A stretch of 64,000 bases of DNA from an uncultured Clostridia bacterium (GCA_934772045.1 CAKVMH010000002.1:91062-155061); one strand, 5' to 3'. Numbered from the stretch's first letter, positions 7,724 to 17,992 are shown. The notes: generated from the letters alone by a model not told the origin. Made by a program: numbers and translations.

Positions 7724-9628
7724 ATGAAAAGATTTAAGACATTTTACAATCTCAGTTCCTTGCAAAAGCGTATAGTGGCAATTTTTATAATTGTTTCAAC
7801 ACTTTTTGTTGCATTGTTAGGACGAGTTTTTTATTTACAAATTTTTGCAAACAGACATTTGCAAGTTTTAGCAAGCGAGCAATGGTTGCGTGATTTGCCA
7901 TTGAGCAGTAAGCGTGGCGAAATTTATGACCAAAATGGGGTAAGCCTTGCAACAACAATAACCACTTATGATATATATGTACGCGCGCGTAATGTGAAAG
8001 ACCCTGAATTTTTAGCAAACCAACTATCTTCGTTGTTAGATTTAGATTACAACAAAACATACACAAAAGTGACCAACAAAAAGCAAAGCGAAGTGCTTAT
8101 TAAAATGCAAGTTGATGAAAAGGTCGCTTTAAATTTAAGCAAAATTGCCGGCGTATATCTTTCACAAAACGTGGCAAGGGTTTACCCATACAACAACCTT
8201 ATGACGCAAATTTTGGGCTATTGCACAATCGACAATGCGGGACAGGCTGGGCTTGAAAATTACTATAACAAGTATCTGCGTGGTGTGGACGGAAAAGCAC
8301 TGACACAAACAAATGCGCAAGGTAAGGAAATTGACAACTCACTTACATATTACATTCCTAGCGTCGCTGGTGCAGATTTACACACAACCTTAGATGTGCA
8401 AATGCAATCGATTTTGGAGCAGGAAATGGCAAATGCAATGGAATTGCACAAAGCGCAAGGCGTTACAGGTATCATTTTGGATGCGCAGACAGGGGGCATT
8501 AAAGCGATGAGTTGCTTGCCAAGTTTTGATTTAAACCATATACCACGTGACGACATTGCAACCCTTCAGCAATTAACCAAAAACACAACGGTGGTTGATG
8601 TTTACGAGCCGGGCAGTACTTTCAAATTAATCACCTTAGCAGCGGCGTTAAACGAAGGTTTAACCAACATTAATGAACACTTTTATTGCGGTGGCAGATG
8701 CGTCGTTGACGGCGAGAAAATAAAGTGCTGGAAAAGTGCAGGACATGGCAGTGAAACCTTATTAGAAGCCTTTAAAAACAGTTGTAACTGCGTGTTCGTT
8801 AACCTTGCTTTGCGTGTGGGGTTAGATAAATATTATCAATATCTCAACTATTTTGGCATAGGTGAAAAAACTGGTGTGGATATTTTAAGCGAGTCAAGTG
8901 GCATTGTCATGGCAAAGGAAACGGTTAGGACTGTCGATTTGGCGCGCATAGGCTTTGGGCATGCGGTGGCGGTTACACAACTGCAAATGGCAAATGTGTA
9001 TGCAAAAATAACCACAGGCAATGAAATTACACCACATTTGTTAGATTACATATCGGCTGACAACAAAGTCCTTTATAAACAAAGCACAAGCAAAGCAAAA
9101 ATTAACTTGAAACAGGAAACAATTGCAACCATAAACAAAATGCTTTCAAACAATGTTAACACTGAAAATAAGTACACTTTTGTTGCGGGATACAATGTAG
9201 GTGGCAAAACAGGTACGGCGCAAAAATACGACGCTGACGGTCAAATTGCATCAGGGAAATACATATCAAGTTTCATTGGCAGTTTTCCAGCCGACAACCC
9301 ACAATACATTTTAGCGGTAAGCGTGAATGAACCTAGTGCTGGTGGTTACTATGGTGGTGTGGTTGCAAAACCGATAGGGCAAAAGGTGTTTGAGCGCATA
9401 TTTGAAGTTAAAGCAATTTCGCCAACCGATGAAAGCCAAATAGACAACAAGCCTACCATTGAAATGCCAAATGTTGAAGGTTTGTCAGTTGCAAAAGCAT
9501 GTGCTGAACTTAAAAAATTGGGTTTAGATGTGATGTTTGATGGAGATGGCGAATTTGTTGCCATTCAATTGCCACCTGCTGGAACAATGCTGTTTTTAGG
9601 GGAAATTGTATATCTTCTTTTAAATTAG
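7724..9628 (+). CDS. Class B penicillin-binding protein (FtsI/PBP2B/SpoVD type) with C-terminal PASTA domain
   Basis: N-terminal TM. Motifs STFK (EPGSTFKLIT), SCN and KTGTA. PASTA-like C-terminus MPNVEGLSVAKACAELKKLGLDV. Confidence 0.9.
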   Translation: MKRFKTFYNLSSLQKRIVAIFIIVSTLFVALLGRVFYLQIFANRHLQVLASEQWLRDLPLSSKRGEIYDQNGVSLATTITTYDIYVRARNVKDPEFLANQLSSLLDLDYNKTYTKVTNKKQSEVLIKMQVDEKVALNLSKIAGVYLSQNVARVYPYNNLMTQILGYCTIDNAGQAGLENYYNKYLRGVDGKALTQTNAQGKEIDNSLTYYIPSVAGADLHTTLDVQMQSILEQEMANAMELHKAQGVTGIILDAQTGGIKAMSCLPSFDLNHIPRDDIATLQQLTKNTTVVDVYEPGSTFKLITLAAALNEGLTNINEHFYCGGRCVVDGEKIKCWKSAGHGSETLLEAFKNSCNCVFVNLALRVGLDKYYQYLNYFGIGEKTGVDILSESSGIVMAKETVRTVDLARIGFGHAVAVTQLQMANVYAKITTGNEITPHLLDYISADNKVLYKQSTSKAKINLKQETIATINKMLSNNVNTENKYTFVAGYNVGGKTGTAQKYDADGQIASGKYISSFIGSFPADNPQYILAVSVNEPSAGGYYGGVVAKPIGQKVFERIFEVKAISPTDESQIDNKPTIEMPNVEGLSVAKACAELKKLGLDVMFDGDGEFVAIQLPPAGTMLFLGEIVYLLLN

Positions 9629-9731
9629 TAAATTTGCAAATTTTTTGGGTAAATTAAGGTGTTTTTGTCTTATTTTGTTAGGCATGTAAAATTGCAAACA
9701 GCATCTGCTAAATTGTAGTTAAGGGGGCTGT

Positions 9732-11213
9732 ATGAAATTATATGATATCATACAAAATCTTAAATTTATCGGTATAAAAAACTATTGCGACTTGGACATT
9801 GATAGCCTTACATGCACATATCAAGAAAAGACCAATTCCAGCATGTTTTTTTGCATAAAAGGTAAAAGGGCAGACGGACACGAATACGCACAATTTGCGG
9901 TGAAAAATGGCGCAGTATGTTTGGTTGTCGAGCAATTTTTGCCACTCCCTATAACACAAATTTTGGTTGAAGATGTACGCAAGGCGATGTCGTATATTAG
10001 TTCAACATTTTATAAAACACAGCAAAGCAAAATGAAATTTATAGGTATAACAGGGACAAACGGCAAAACAACAACAACTTTTGTCTTACGCGAGATATTA
10101 AACAAGTTAGGTTGTTCGGTTGGGCTTATAGGCACAGAAGGCACATATATAAACAGCCTAATGCTACCACCAACTTTAACAACCCCTGACCCTATTGATT
10201 TGCATAAACTAATAAACGATATGGACAATAACGGCTGTGAATACTGCATTATGGAAGTGAGCGCGCACTCAATTGCATTAAACAAAATTGACAACATTAT
10301 GTTCGATGTTGTGGGGCTTACAAACATAACCAACGACCATTTAGATTTTTTCATCAATATGGACAATTATTTAAGATGTAAGTTAAGTTTGTTTTCAGCT
10401 GTCCACGCTAAAACTGGCATTATAAATGCAGATATTAAATATAAAAACAAGCTTCCAGGCAGTGGCACAAACAAAACTAATCAATTAAATTTTCCTATTC
10501 AAACCTTTGGCAACACTGGCGACTTTGCATTGCAAACAGTTGATATGGGCACATCTGGCACCGATTTCAGTTTCAAATTTGGGCAAAACAGTTACTCCGT
10601 GCACACAAACATGATAGGCGAATACAACATTATGAATTTGTTGCTTGCGGTGGCGGTGCTTAATAACTTAGGGTTTGATATTAACACAGTTGTAGACACA
10701 ATTTCAAAAATCAATTTTGTTGTGCCGGGGCGTTTTAACATTTTGGACATTAAAGCAAAATACAATGTGGTTGTTGACTACGCACACACGCCAGACGGAA
10801 TTAAAAATGTGCTTACAACCTTAAAAAAATTGCCAATTAACCGCGTAATCACAGTGTTTGGCTGTGGTGGCGACCGCGACAAAACAAAACGCAACGAAAT
10901 GGGTAAAATTGCAACGCAATTAAGCGACATAACCGTTGTTACGACAGATAATCCGCGCAATGAAAACCCAAATTTCATTATAGAGCAAATAACCCAAAAT
11001 TTGAATAAGGACAAATTCATTGCAATTGAAGATAGAACAACTGCAATTAACTACGCTTTAAGCATAGCAAAACCAAATGATGTGGTGGCAATATTAGGCA
11101 AAGGGGCGGAGAATTATCAAGAAATTAAAGGCATTAAATACTGTTACAGCGACTATGCCGTGGTTGATGCCTATTTTAAGCAAAACGTAAAGCAAGTGAA
11201 AGTTTCAAACTAA
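9732..11213 (+). CDS. murE: UDP-MurNAc-L-Ala-D-Glu:meso-diaminopimelate ligase
   Basis: GITGTNGKTTT P-loop. DNPR motif (TTDNPRNE), typical of DAP-adding MurE. Confidence 0.9.
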   Translation: MKLYDIIQNLKFIGIKNYCDLDIDSLTCTYQEKTNSSMFFCIKGKRADGHEYAQFAVKNGAVCLVVEQFLPLPITQILVEDVRKAMSYISSTFYKTQQSKMKFIGITGTNGKTTTTFVLREILNKLGCSVGLIGTEGTYINSLMLPPTLTTPDPIDLHKLINDMDNNGCEYCIMEVSAHSIALNKIDNIMFDVVGLTNITNDHLDFFINMDNYLRCKLSLFSAVHAKTGIINADIKYKNKLPGSGTNKTNQLNFPIQTFGNTGDFALQTVDMGTSGTDFSFKFGQNSYSVHTNMIGEYNIMNLLLAVAVLNNLGFDINTVVDTISKINFVVPGRFNILDIKAKYNVVVDYAHTPDGIKNVLTTLKKLPINRVITVFGCGGDRDKTKRNEMGKIATQLSDITVVTTDNPRNENPNFIIEQITQNLNKDKFIAIEDRTTAINYALSIAKPNDVVAILGKGAENYQEIKGIKYCYSDYAVVDAYFKQNVKQVKVSN

Positions 11214-11226
11214 TTAAAAGGGTGTT

Positions 11227-12222
11227 ATGGTTAAATTAATAACAATTTTTTTGGTTTCGTTTGTTTTGGCTGTGGTGTTGATGCCTATTTTAATGAAGAT
11301 TTTTAGGTCAAAACAAGCCAGCCAAACCATATTAGGTTATATTGAAGAACACAAAAGTAAAAACGGCACATTAACAATGGGTGGTGTGGTATTTATGCTT
11401 ACAACACTAATAGTGTCGCCTATATTTATAAAATTTGACCTTGACTGGTTCGTTGCTTTGGTGGTTGCGCTGTTTTTTGGCGTGCTTGGCTTTATGGACG
11501 ACCATTTGAAAATTAAATATAAACAAAACTTAGGTTTGCGCGCTTATCAAAAGGTGATAGGACAAGTTGGCATAGCCTTAATTTTTGGCTTTTACATTTA
11601 TTTTAGTTCTCAAGGTGGGAATGTCTTTTTGCTGTTCACTGACAAGCAATTTAACATGAAATGGCTCATAATTCCATTTGTTGTTTTGGTTATGGTTGCC
11701 ACCACTAATAGCGTAAATTTAACCGATGGTTTGGACGGGCTTGCTGGTAGTGTCAGTTTTGTGTATTTGTTGATTTTCATTGCAATTTCTTGCATTTTAG
11801 GCACAAAACTTTACAACGCTGGTGAAACTGGCAAAATTTTAACAAATTTAAGCAATATAAACATGCTTTCCGCATCATTCATGGGTGCGATTTTAGGCTT
11901 TTTAATGTTTAACACATTCAAGGCAAGCATTTTTATGGGCGATGTGGGCTCGCTATGTTTAGGCGGATATATCGGCGCTTCTGCTTGCATTGTGGGGCTT
12001 GAATTTTTAATTTTAATTCTGGGCATATGTTTTGTTTTCTCAGCCGTTTCGGTAATTTTGCAGGTTGCAGTGTTCAAGTTAACAAAAAAGCGCATTTTTA
12101 AAATGGCACCATTTCATCATCATTTGCAAATGTCTAATTTAACCGAGCCTAAAATTGTCGTAATATATTCGGCAGTGACATTTTGCGCTGGCTTAATTTG
12201 TATTATTTTTTACCTTTTGTAA
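11227..12222 (+). CDS. mraY: Phospho-N-acetylmuramoyl-pentapeptide transferase
   Basis: Polytopic membrane protein with NSVNLTDGLDGLA, MGDVGSL and APFHHH motifs. Confidence 0.95.
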   Translation: MVKLITIFLVSFVLAVVLMPILMKIFRSKQASQTILGYIEEHKSKNGTLTMGGVVFMLTTLIVSPIFIKFDLDWFVALVVALFFGVLGFMDDHLKIKYKQNLGLRAYQKVIGQVGIALIFGFYIYFSSQGGNVFLLFTDKQFNMKWLIIPFVVLVMVATTNSVNLTDGLDGLAGSVSFVYLLIFIAISCILGTKLYNAGETGKILTNLSNINMLSASFMGAILGFLMFNTFKASIFMGDVGSLCLGGYIGASACIVGLEFLILILGICFVFSAVSVILQVAVFKLTKKRIFKMAPFHHHLQMSNLTEPKIVVIYSAVTFCAGLICIIFYLL

Positions 12223-12261
12223 TAATTTACATTTAAAAAAATAAGATTATTTAGGTGAATT

Positions 12262-13575
12262 ATGAAATTGAAAAATAAAAAAGTTTTAGTGTATGGTTTA
12301 AGTGCATCTGGTGAATGGGCAAGCCGTTTGCTTGTAAAGCATAAGGCAAATGTTTTTTTGTATGATGACGATGAACAAAAGTTACGCTCACGTCGCTTAA
12401 AAAACTGTTTTGTGTTGCAAGAAATAACTGAAAATGTCATTTCCGACCTTGATTTTATTGTTGTTTCGCCAGCAATTGAAAAGGACAATAAAAATTTGCA
12501 GTTGGCGGACAAGCATGGCATTTTAATAATGAGTGAAGTTGAATTCGCTTCTCACTTTGCCAAAAAATTTGTTGCAGTAACTGGCACCAACGGCAAAACC
12601 ACAACAGTGGAACTTATTGAAGCAATTTTAAGTGAAAAATACAAGGCAATTGCATGCGGGAACACAGGCTATCCGCTGTCACGCGCAGTGCTTGAAAACA
12701 AAAACTACATAAAAGTGGTGGAAGTAAGCAGTTTCATGCTGGAACATGCGTCAACTTTTGCGCCACATGTTGCCACAATTTTAAACATCGAGCCAGACCA
12801 CCTAATTCGCCACAAAACCATGGCAGAGTACACAAAACTTAAATTCAACATATTTAAAAATTTAAAACCCACCGATTATGCAGTGGTAAATTTGGACAGT
12901 AACATTCATTGCACCACGCACACAAATGTGGTTACATATTCATATCGCCACATGGCAGATGTTTATTATAACAAGGGTAGTATTTATTTGCACCAACAAA
13001 AGGTTATCGACATCAATCAATTGAAAATTTCAGGCAAGCACAACATTTTGAATGTGATGTGCGCCATTTGTTACGCTTACATTTATAAACTGCCAATTAC
13101 AAAAATCAAAACCGCGCTTATGAACTTCAATGCGGACAATTTTAGGAACACACCGCTTAATGTGGACGGCAACATCAAATTTATTAACGACAGCAAATCA
13201 ACCAACATAGCCTCAACTTTGGCAAGCGTGGAAGCATGCGACGGCGCAATTATTTTGTTACTAGGAGGGTCAAATAAAGGCTTAAATTACACCCAACTTT
13301 TTGAAAAATTGCCAAACAAAGTTAAACAAATTGTAGCATACGGTGAAATTAGGGAAACATTGGCAAACACAAACTCAAACTTAAACACAAATTTTAAATT
13401 TGCACAATTTGAAACATTGCAACAAGCCTTTGAATTTGCAACACAAAATGCAAAACCTGGCGACACAATTCTTTTTTCGCCGTCAAGCGCAAGTTACGAC
13501 CAATACGCAAACTATGTTGAGCGTGGCGAACATTTTAACAGTTTGGTGAAGGCGTATGTTGAAGCAAAAAACTAA
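12262..13575 (+). CDS. murD: UDP-MurNAc-L-alanine:D-glutamate ligase
   Basis: VTGTNGKTTT, DSKSTN and cluster position. Confidence 0.9.
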   Translation: MKLKNKKVLVYGLSASGEWASRLLVKHKANVFLYDDDEQKLRSRRLKNCFVLQEITENVISDLDFIVVSPAIEKDNKNLQLADKHGILIMSEVEFASHFAKKFVAVTGTNGKTTTVELIEAILSEKYKAIACGNTGYPLSRAVLENKNYIKVVEVSSFMLEHASTFAPHVATILNIEPDHLIRHKTMAEYTKLKFNIFKNLKPTDYAVVNLDSNIHCTTHTNVVTYSYRHMADVYYNKGSIYLHQQKVIDINQLKISGKHNILNVMCAICYAYIYKLPITKIKTALMNFNADNFRNTPLNVDGNIKFINDSKSTNIASTLASVEACDGAIILLLGGSNKGLNYTQLFEKLPNKVKQIVAYGEIRETLANTNSNLNTNFKFAQFETLQQAFEFATQNAKPGDTILFSPSSASYDQYANYVERGEHFNSLVKAYVEAKN

Positions 13576-14665
13576 CCAAATAATAATCATTTGTTGCACC
13601 TTTATCCTTGCCATTTTTGGTTGCATAATGGTGTATAGCGCAAGTAAATATTCTGCCACACTGCATTACAACAACCCTTTCTTTTACCTTAAAAAACAAA
13701 TAATAGGTGTGGTTGTTGGGGCAATAGGATTAATTGTCTGCTCGTTCGTCAATCATAAAATTTACAAAAAATTTTATTGGGTTTTCTATATCGTTGGCTT
13801 AATCTTTTTGTGCCTTGTGTTTGTGCCAGGGCTTAAACGCACAAGTTACGGCGCAACACGCTGGATAGGCATAGGCTCACTTACCATGCAACCAAGTGAA
13901 ATTGCAAAGTTTTGCCTTGTTTTCTTTTTGGCGGGCTATTTAAGCGACGGCGACAAACTTGGCAGTTTTAAACATGTCATTATAACGCTTACTCTTGGCG
14001 GACTGTATTGCTTGCTAATTATGTTAGAACCAAACATGAGCATAACCATGTGCGTTGCTTTCACGCTTATTTTTATGTTGTTTATTGGTGGCATGCGCCT
14101 AAAAGTTTTTTGTCTTTTAATTGTGCCAGCCGTCGCAATGGTTGTTTTGCTTATAATCATTGAACCTTACCGTTTAAGTCGAATAATAGCCTTCATAAAC
14201 CCATGGGAAAACCCACTTGACGAAGGATACCAACTCATTCAATCACTCTATGCTATCGGCAGTGGTGGAATGTGGGGCGTAGGGCTGTTTAAAAGCCGTC
14301 AAGCCGAATTGTTTTTGCCGTTCAGTGAAAGTGACTTTATATTTTCAATCATTGCCGAAGAACTTGGCTTTGTTGGGTGCTTGTGCCTTGTTGCAGTCTT
14401 TGCATTGCTTATCTTTACCATTTTCAAAGTTGGCATGCGCGCCAGCAACAAATTTTCATCATTCCTTTGTTTTGGCATAGGCGCACTCATAAGCATACAG
14501 GTTATTTTAAACATCGCAGTAGTTTCAGGCTCCATTCCGCCAACTGGCTTGCCTTTGCCGTTTATTAGTGCTGGCTCAACATCACTTCTCGTCTTCATGT
14601 CAGCAATCGGTATTGTTATCAATGTCGATAGGCAAACTAACAAGGAAATAAGTTTAAACAAATAG
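13556..14665 (+). CDS. ftsW: SEDS-family peptidoglycan glycosyltransferase FtsW/SpoVE
   Basis: About 10 TM segments. Motifs QPSEIAK, SESDFIFS, GLPLPFISAGSTS. Follows murD. Confidence 0.9.
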   Translation: MLKQKTNQIIIICCTFILAIFGCIMVYSASKYSATLHYNNPFFYLKKQIIGVVVGAIGLIVCSFVNHKIYKKFYWVFYIVGLIFLCLVFVPGLKRTSYGATRWIGIGSLTMQPSEIAKFCLVFFLAGYLSDGDKLGSFKHVIITLTLGGLYCLLIMLEPNMSITMCVAFTLIFMLFIGGMRLKVFCLLIVPAVAMVVLLIIIEPYRLSRIIAFINPWENPLDEGYQLIQSLYAIGSGGMWGVGLFKSRQAELFLPFSESDFIFSIIAEELGFVGCLCLVAVFALLIFTIFKVGMRASNKFSSFLCFGIGALISIQVILNIAVVSGSIPPTGLPLPFISAGSTSLLVFMSAIGIVINVDRQTNKEISLNK

Positions 14666-14672
14666 CAGAAAA

Positions 14673-14708
14673 ATGTATACATGTCGCAAATAAGTATACA
14701 TTTTTTTT
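14673..14708 (+). terminator. Intrinsic terminator after ftsW
   Basis: ATGTATAC ... GTATACAT stem followed by T8. Confidence 0.6.
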
Positions 14709-14746
14709 ATTGTATGCTAAAATATCAGTACACATAGGAGGTTATT

Positions 14747-15118
14747 ATGGGAAATTTATCAAAAGCAGATTTACAATGGAATAAAATGATGGATTTATGG
14801 GTTGAAGAAAAATTGGAATCACCATATTTAGAACTTATTGAATATTTTAATGGTATCAATGGAGAGGGACATTTTTGCCATTTTGATAATGTGAGTGATA
14901 ATAAAGACTTAAAAAAATATGTTACAACATTAACGACAATTCTGCCAGAACCATTAAAGAGCAACATTGAACTTGCTTATAAAACATACAAAATTAATCC
15001 AGACGATATAAGCGATGAAAATGAAGAAATATTAAATAATTGTGATAGCGTTTATTATAAAAATGAAGAACTTATTAGTGAAATTTTAAGAAAAAGAGCA
15101 AGTAAAATTAAGTTATAA
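14747..15118 (+). CDS. Small acidic hypothetical protein, possibly DUF4375/DMP19-like (immunity-type fold)
   Basis: RBS TAGGAGG. 123 aa. YFNGINGEGHFCHFDN resembles the vNNGGf.qFf.N core I recall for DUF4375 (low confidence). Bracketed by duplicated ftsW 3' ends. Confidence 0.6.
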   Translation: MGNLSKADLQWNKMMDLWVEEKLESPYLELIEYFNGINGEGHFCHFDNVSDNKDLKKYVTTLTTILPEPLKSNIELAYKTYKINPDDISDENEEILNNCDSVYYKNEELISEILRKRASKIKL

Positions 15119-15179
15119 AGGAGCAATAAATCTGCTCTTTTTTAATTCTGAAATATATAATACTGCACGGACATTAGGT

Positions 15180-15287
15180 GGCTCCATTCCGCCAACAGGC
15201 TTGCCTTTGCCGTTTATTAGTGCCGGCTCAACATCACTTTTAGTCTTTATGTCTGCAATCGGTATTGTTATCAATGTCGATAGGCAG
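15180..15287 (+). pseudogene. Displaced copy of the ftsW 3' end (36 codons)
   Basis: 108 nt colinear with 14528..14635. There are 7 nt differences in 6 codons, all synonymous (ACT/ACA, GCT/GCC, CTC/TTA, TTC/TTT, TCA/TCT, CAA/CAG). No upstream ORF. Confidence 0.9.
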
Positions 15288-15303
15288 CATAAAGACAGCT
15301 GGG

Positions 15304-15396
15304 GTCCCCACAAAACGAATGTTTTGAAGGGGAAAGGAAAAACTGAGCAATAGGCAAGCATTTGCGGAGCAAATCTGCAAAAGCGAGAGTTTTGAC
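15304..15396. repeat. Two hairpin-repeat family members between the ftsW stubs
   Basis: GTCCCCACAAAACGAATGTTTTGAAGGGGA shares AAAAC(G)AATGTTTTGAAG with 34085-34103. GCGGAGCAAATCTGCAAAAGCGAGAG resembles the GAGCAAA...AGCGAA core. Confidence 0.45.
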
Positions 15397-15399
15397 GCT

Positions 15400-15440
15400 A
15401 TGTCCGCAATCGGCGTTGTTTTAAATGTAGATAGGCAAAC
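15400..15440 (+). pseudogene. Second, more diverged stub of the ftsW C-terminus
   Basis: Reads MSAIGVVLNVDRQT against MSAIGIVINVDRQT in ftsW. Changes are synonymous or conservative (I>V, I>L). Confidence 0.7.
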
Positions 15441-15650
15441 AATAAATTTTTACTATAAAAATTAGTGTATTAGATATTGCAAATCATATATTTATAATGT
15501 GATAAGTGTTGAGATATATTTAAGTTATAAAGACAAAAATCAACCATTTATCCGTCTTTAAATTATATGGCATTTAATATTAAATGCAGTGTTGATATTG
15601 GCTGTTGCAAAATTGCGCGCAAAGAGAACAAAAAATTCATATAACCTTAT

Positions 15651-16910
15651 ATGAATAAAGATAAATTTATAATTCGCGGTGGAAACACGCTTTGTGGCAC
15701 ATTGAAGGTGCAGACAAGCAAAAATGCAACTTTACCTATTCTAACTGCCAGTTTGATGAGCGGTGGCAGGGTAGAAATCAAAGATTATCCGCATATTATT
15801 GATGTTGAAAATATGTGCGCTATTTTAAAGGCGCTTAATGTTGATGTTGAAAAAACTTTCGACACCATATTTTTAGACCCACAAAACGCGAATAACGATA
15901 ACATGGACTTTGAATTGATGCGCACAATGCGTTCATCAATTTTTTTGCTTGGAAGCATGCTGGCACGCTTTAAACGCGCCACAATTACCCAGCCAGGCGG
16001 TTGTAAAATTGGCAAGCGCTCAATTGACATACATTTATCATCTTTGAAGAAAATGGGCGTCAAAATTGTTGAGCTGGGCGAATACATATTTTTAGATGCG
16101 ACAAAGGCACATAATGCAAAAATTAAACTTAAAATGCCAAGCGTTGGGGCAACTGAAAACCTTATTCAATTTGCGTGTTTAACGCCAGGTAAAACGGTTT
16201 TAAAAAATGTTGCGCGTGAGCCTGAAATTGTTGATTTGTGTAAGTTTCTTAAAAGTATGGGTGCAAAAATTTATGGCGAAGGCACAAGTATAATTACAAT
16301 ATTTGGTGTGAATAAGTTGTGTGGCACACATTATACTCCAATTGGTGACCGCATTGTCGCTGGCACGCTTATGGTTGCAACTGCCATTGCTGGCGGGCAT
16401 GTTAGGTTGACTAATGCAGTACCAAACCAAAACGCAAATTTAATTGAAAAGTTAAGGCGAATTGGTTGTCAAATTGAAATTGAAAATGATATACTAACAA
16501 TAACTAGGACTGGTGGGCTTGTTTCATGTGGCGAAATTGCCACTGGGTTTTACCCAGATTTTCCAACCGATATGCAGTCGCAAATGTTGGCGCTCAGTTG
16601 TTTTGTTGATGGCGAAACAGATGTGTACGAAAATGTGTTTGAAAACCGCTTGTTAACTGCGCATGAATTGAACAAAATGGGTGCAAACATTTCAGTTTTA
16701 ACTAGCACACATGCAAAGGTTAAAGGTGGTTGCCGTTTGGTTGGGGCAAATGTTAAGGCGTTAGACTTGCGCGGTGGTGCAAGTTTGGTTTTGGCAGGTT
16801 TGGGGGCTAGTGGCGTCACAACCGTTACCGATGTGCATTACATTGACCGCGGTTATGTTGGTTTAGAAACAATGCTTACGGCACTTGGTGCTGACGTTAG
16901 GCGAGAATGA
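15651..16910 (+). CDS. murA: UDP-N-acetylglucosamine 1-carboxyvinyltransferase
   Basis: Colinear with MurA (FIIRGGNTLCGTLKVQTSKNATLPIL). Active-site Cys context PGGCKIGKRSIDIH. Confidence 0.93.
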   Translation: MNKDKFIIRGGNTLCGTLKVQTSKNATLPILTASLMSGGRVEIKDYPHIIDVENMCAILKALNVDVEKTFDTIFLDPQNANNDNMDFELMRTMRSSIFLLGSMLARFKRATITQPGGCKIGKRSIDIHLSSLKKMGVKIVELGEYIFLDATKAHNAKIKLKMPSVGATENLIQFACLTPGKTVLKNVAREPEIVDLCKFLKSMGAKIYGEGTSIITIFGVNKLCGTHYTPIGDRIVAGTLMVATAIAGGHVRLTNAVPNQNANLIEKLRRIGCQIEIENDILTITRTGGLVSCGEIATGFYPDFPTDMQSQMLALSCFVDGETDVYENVFENRLLTAHELNKMGANISVLTSTHAKVKGGCRLVGANVKALDLRGGASLVLAGLGASGVTTVTDVHYIDRGYVGLETMLTALGADVRRE

Positions 16911-17710
16911 CAAAGAAATCGATTATTATCACATCAATATTATGTTCAATTTTGGCACTGTTGGCTATTTTATTCGGTGTCGTTTTTCGCTTGCGTAAAA
17001 TTGAAGTTGTGATAACAGATAAATCTGAAATTGTGCTAACTAATGATGACATTATTTCGGCTTCACAACTAAAATTAAACAAAAGCATTTTTATGTTGGA
17101 CAAGCAATCTGCAATGGACAACATTGAAAATAAGTATGCTGAAATTAAAGTGGTAGATATTAAAACAACAAGTGTCACTTCGGTTAAAATTATGGTTCGC
17201 AAAAGGGTGGAGATGTTCTATGCTGAATATAACTCAAATTACTATTGCTTAGATGAAGACCTTAAAGTTTTGCGCATAACTGAAATTGAGCCTGTGAACT
17301 TAATCAAAATTTCGGCTGAAAAGTTAAATATAAATAGCGACATAAAGGAAAAGATGTTTTTAAATAAAGACCTTGCAAAATTAACATACAATTTCTTTGT
17401 TGCCATGTATGAAAATGTTAAAATTGATGATGACCATTATGCTGAAAGGGCGGACATTTGTAACCTTGTGGGCAGTTTAGATTTTGAAACTGATTATGCA
17501 TTGACAGATAATGGCAATAATGCAGTGAAATTCATTAATTTGATTGTTGTAACGCGCGAAGGTTTAAAAATGCAAATTGCATCGCCGGAAAAAGATTTGG
17601 GCAGGAAGATTAACATTTGTTTTGCAACTTACAAAAAATTGGAAGATAAAACTACTGGCAAAATTGTAATTAAATTTGATGGCACGGTTGCATATTACCC
17701 AACAGTGTAG
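16907..17710 (+). CDS. ftsQ: Cell division protein FtsQ/DivIB-like
   Basis: N-terminal TM followed by a POTRA-like region. Lies between murA and ftsA. Confidence 0.65.
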   Translation: MTKKSIIITSILCSILALLAILFGVVFRLRKIEVVITDKSEIVLTNDDIISASQLKLNKSIFMLDKQSAMDNIENKYAEIKVVDIKTTSVTSVKIMVRKRVEMFYAEYNSNYYCLDEDLKVLRITEIEPVNLIKISAEKLNINSDIKEKMFLNKDLAKLTYNFFVAMYENVKIDDDHYAERADICNLVGSLDFETDYALTDNGNNAVKFINLIVVTREGLKMQIASPEKDLGRKINICFATYKKLEDKTTGKIVIKFDGTVAYYPTV

Positions 17711-17992
17711 TGGCGATTTGTTTTAAAAAACATCGTAAAAGGCGTGCCACAAATGCAATTTCAATATTTATAAATAACGTTAGTTTGTCAAATTTTTAAT
17801 AAATTAAAACCATAGAATCGGTAAACTAAACCAACGTTAACTAAAAGCGCAATTTCTACATTTAGCGTTCTTTTTGCCTGAACAACCAAATTGCGATGTG
17901 TATTTAAAAAGATAACAATACCACATGTTGTGGCGCTAATAAATTTTACAACAAAAATACTTAAAATTTGTTTAACTAGTCTGATAAAATAT

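Noticed and set aside
14299-15361. Two minus-strand ORFs (14299..14682 and 15113..15361) that share the peptide LSTLITIPIAD.K..SDVEPALINGKGKPVGGMEP and look like a paralogous pair
   Set aside because: They are antisense translations of the ftsW 3' end and its displaced copy. The similarity reflects the duplicated + strand DNA, not a real gene family.
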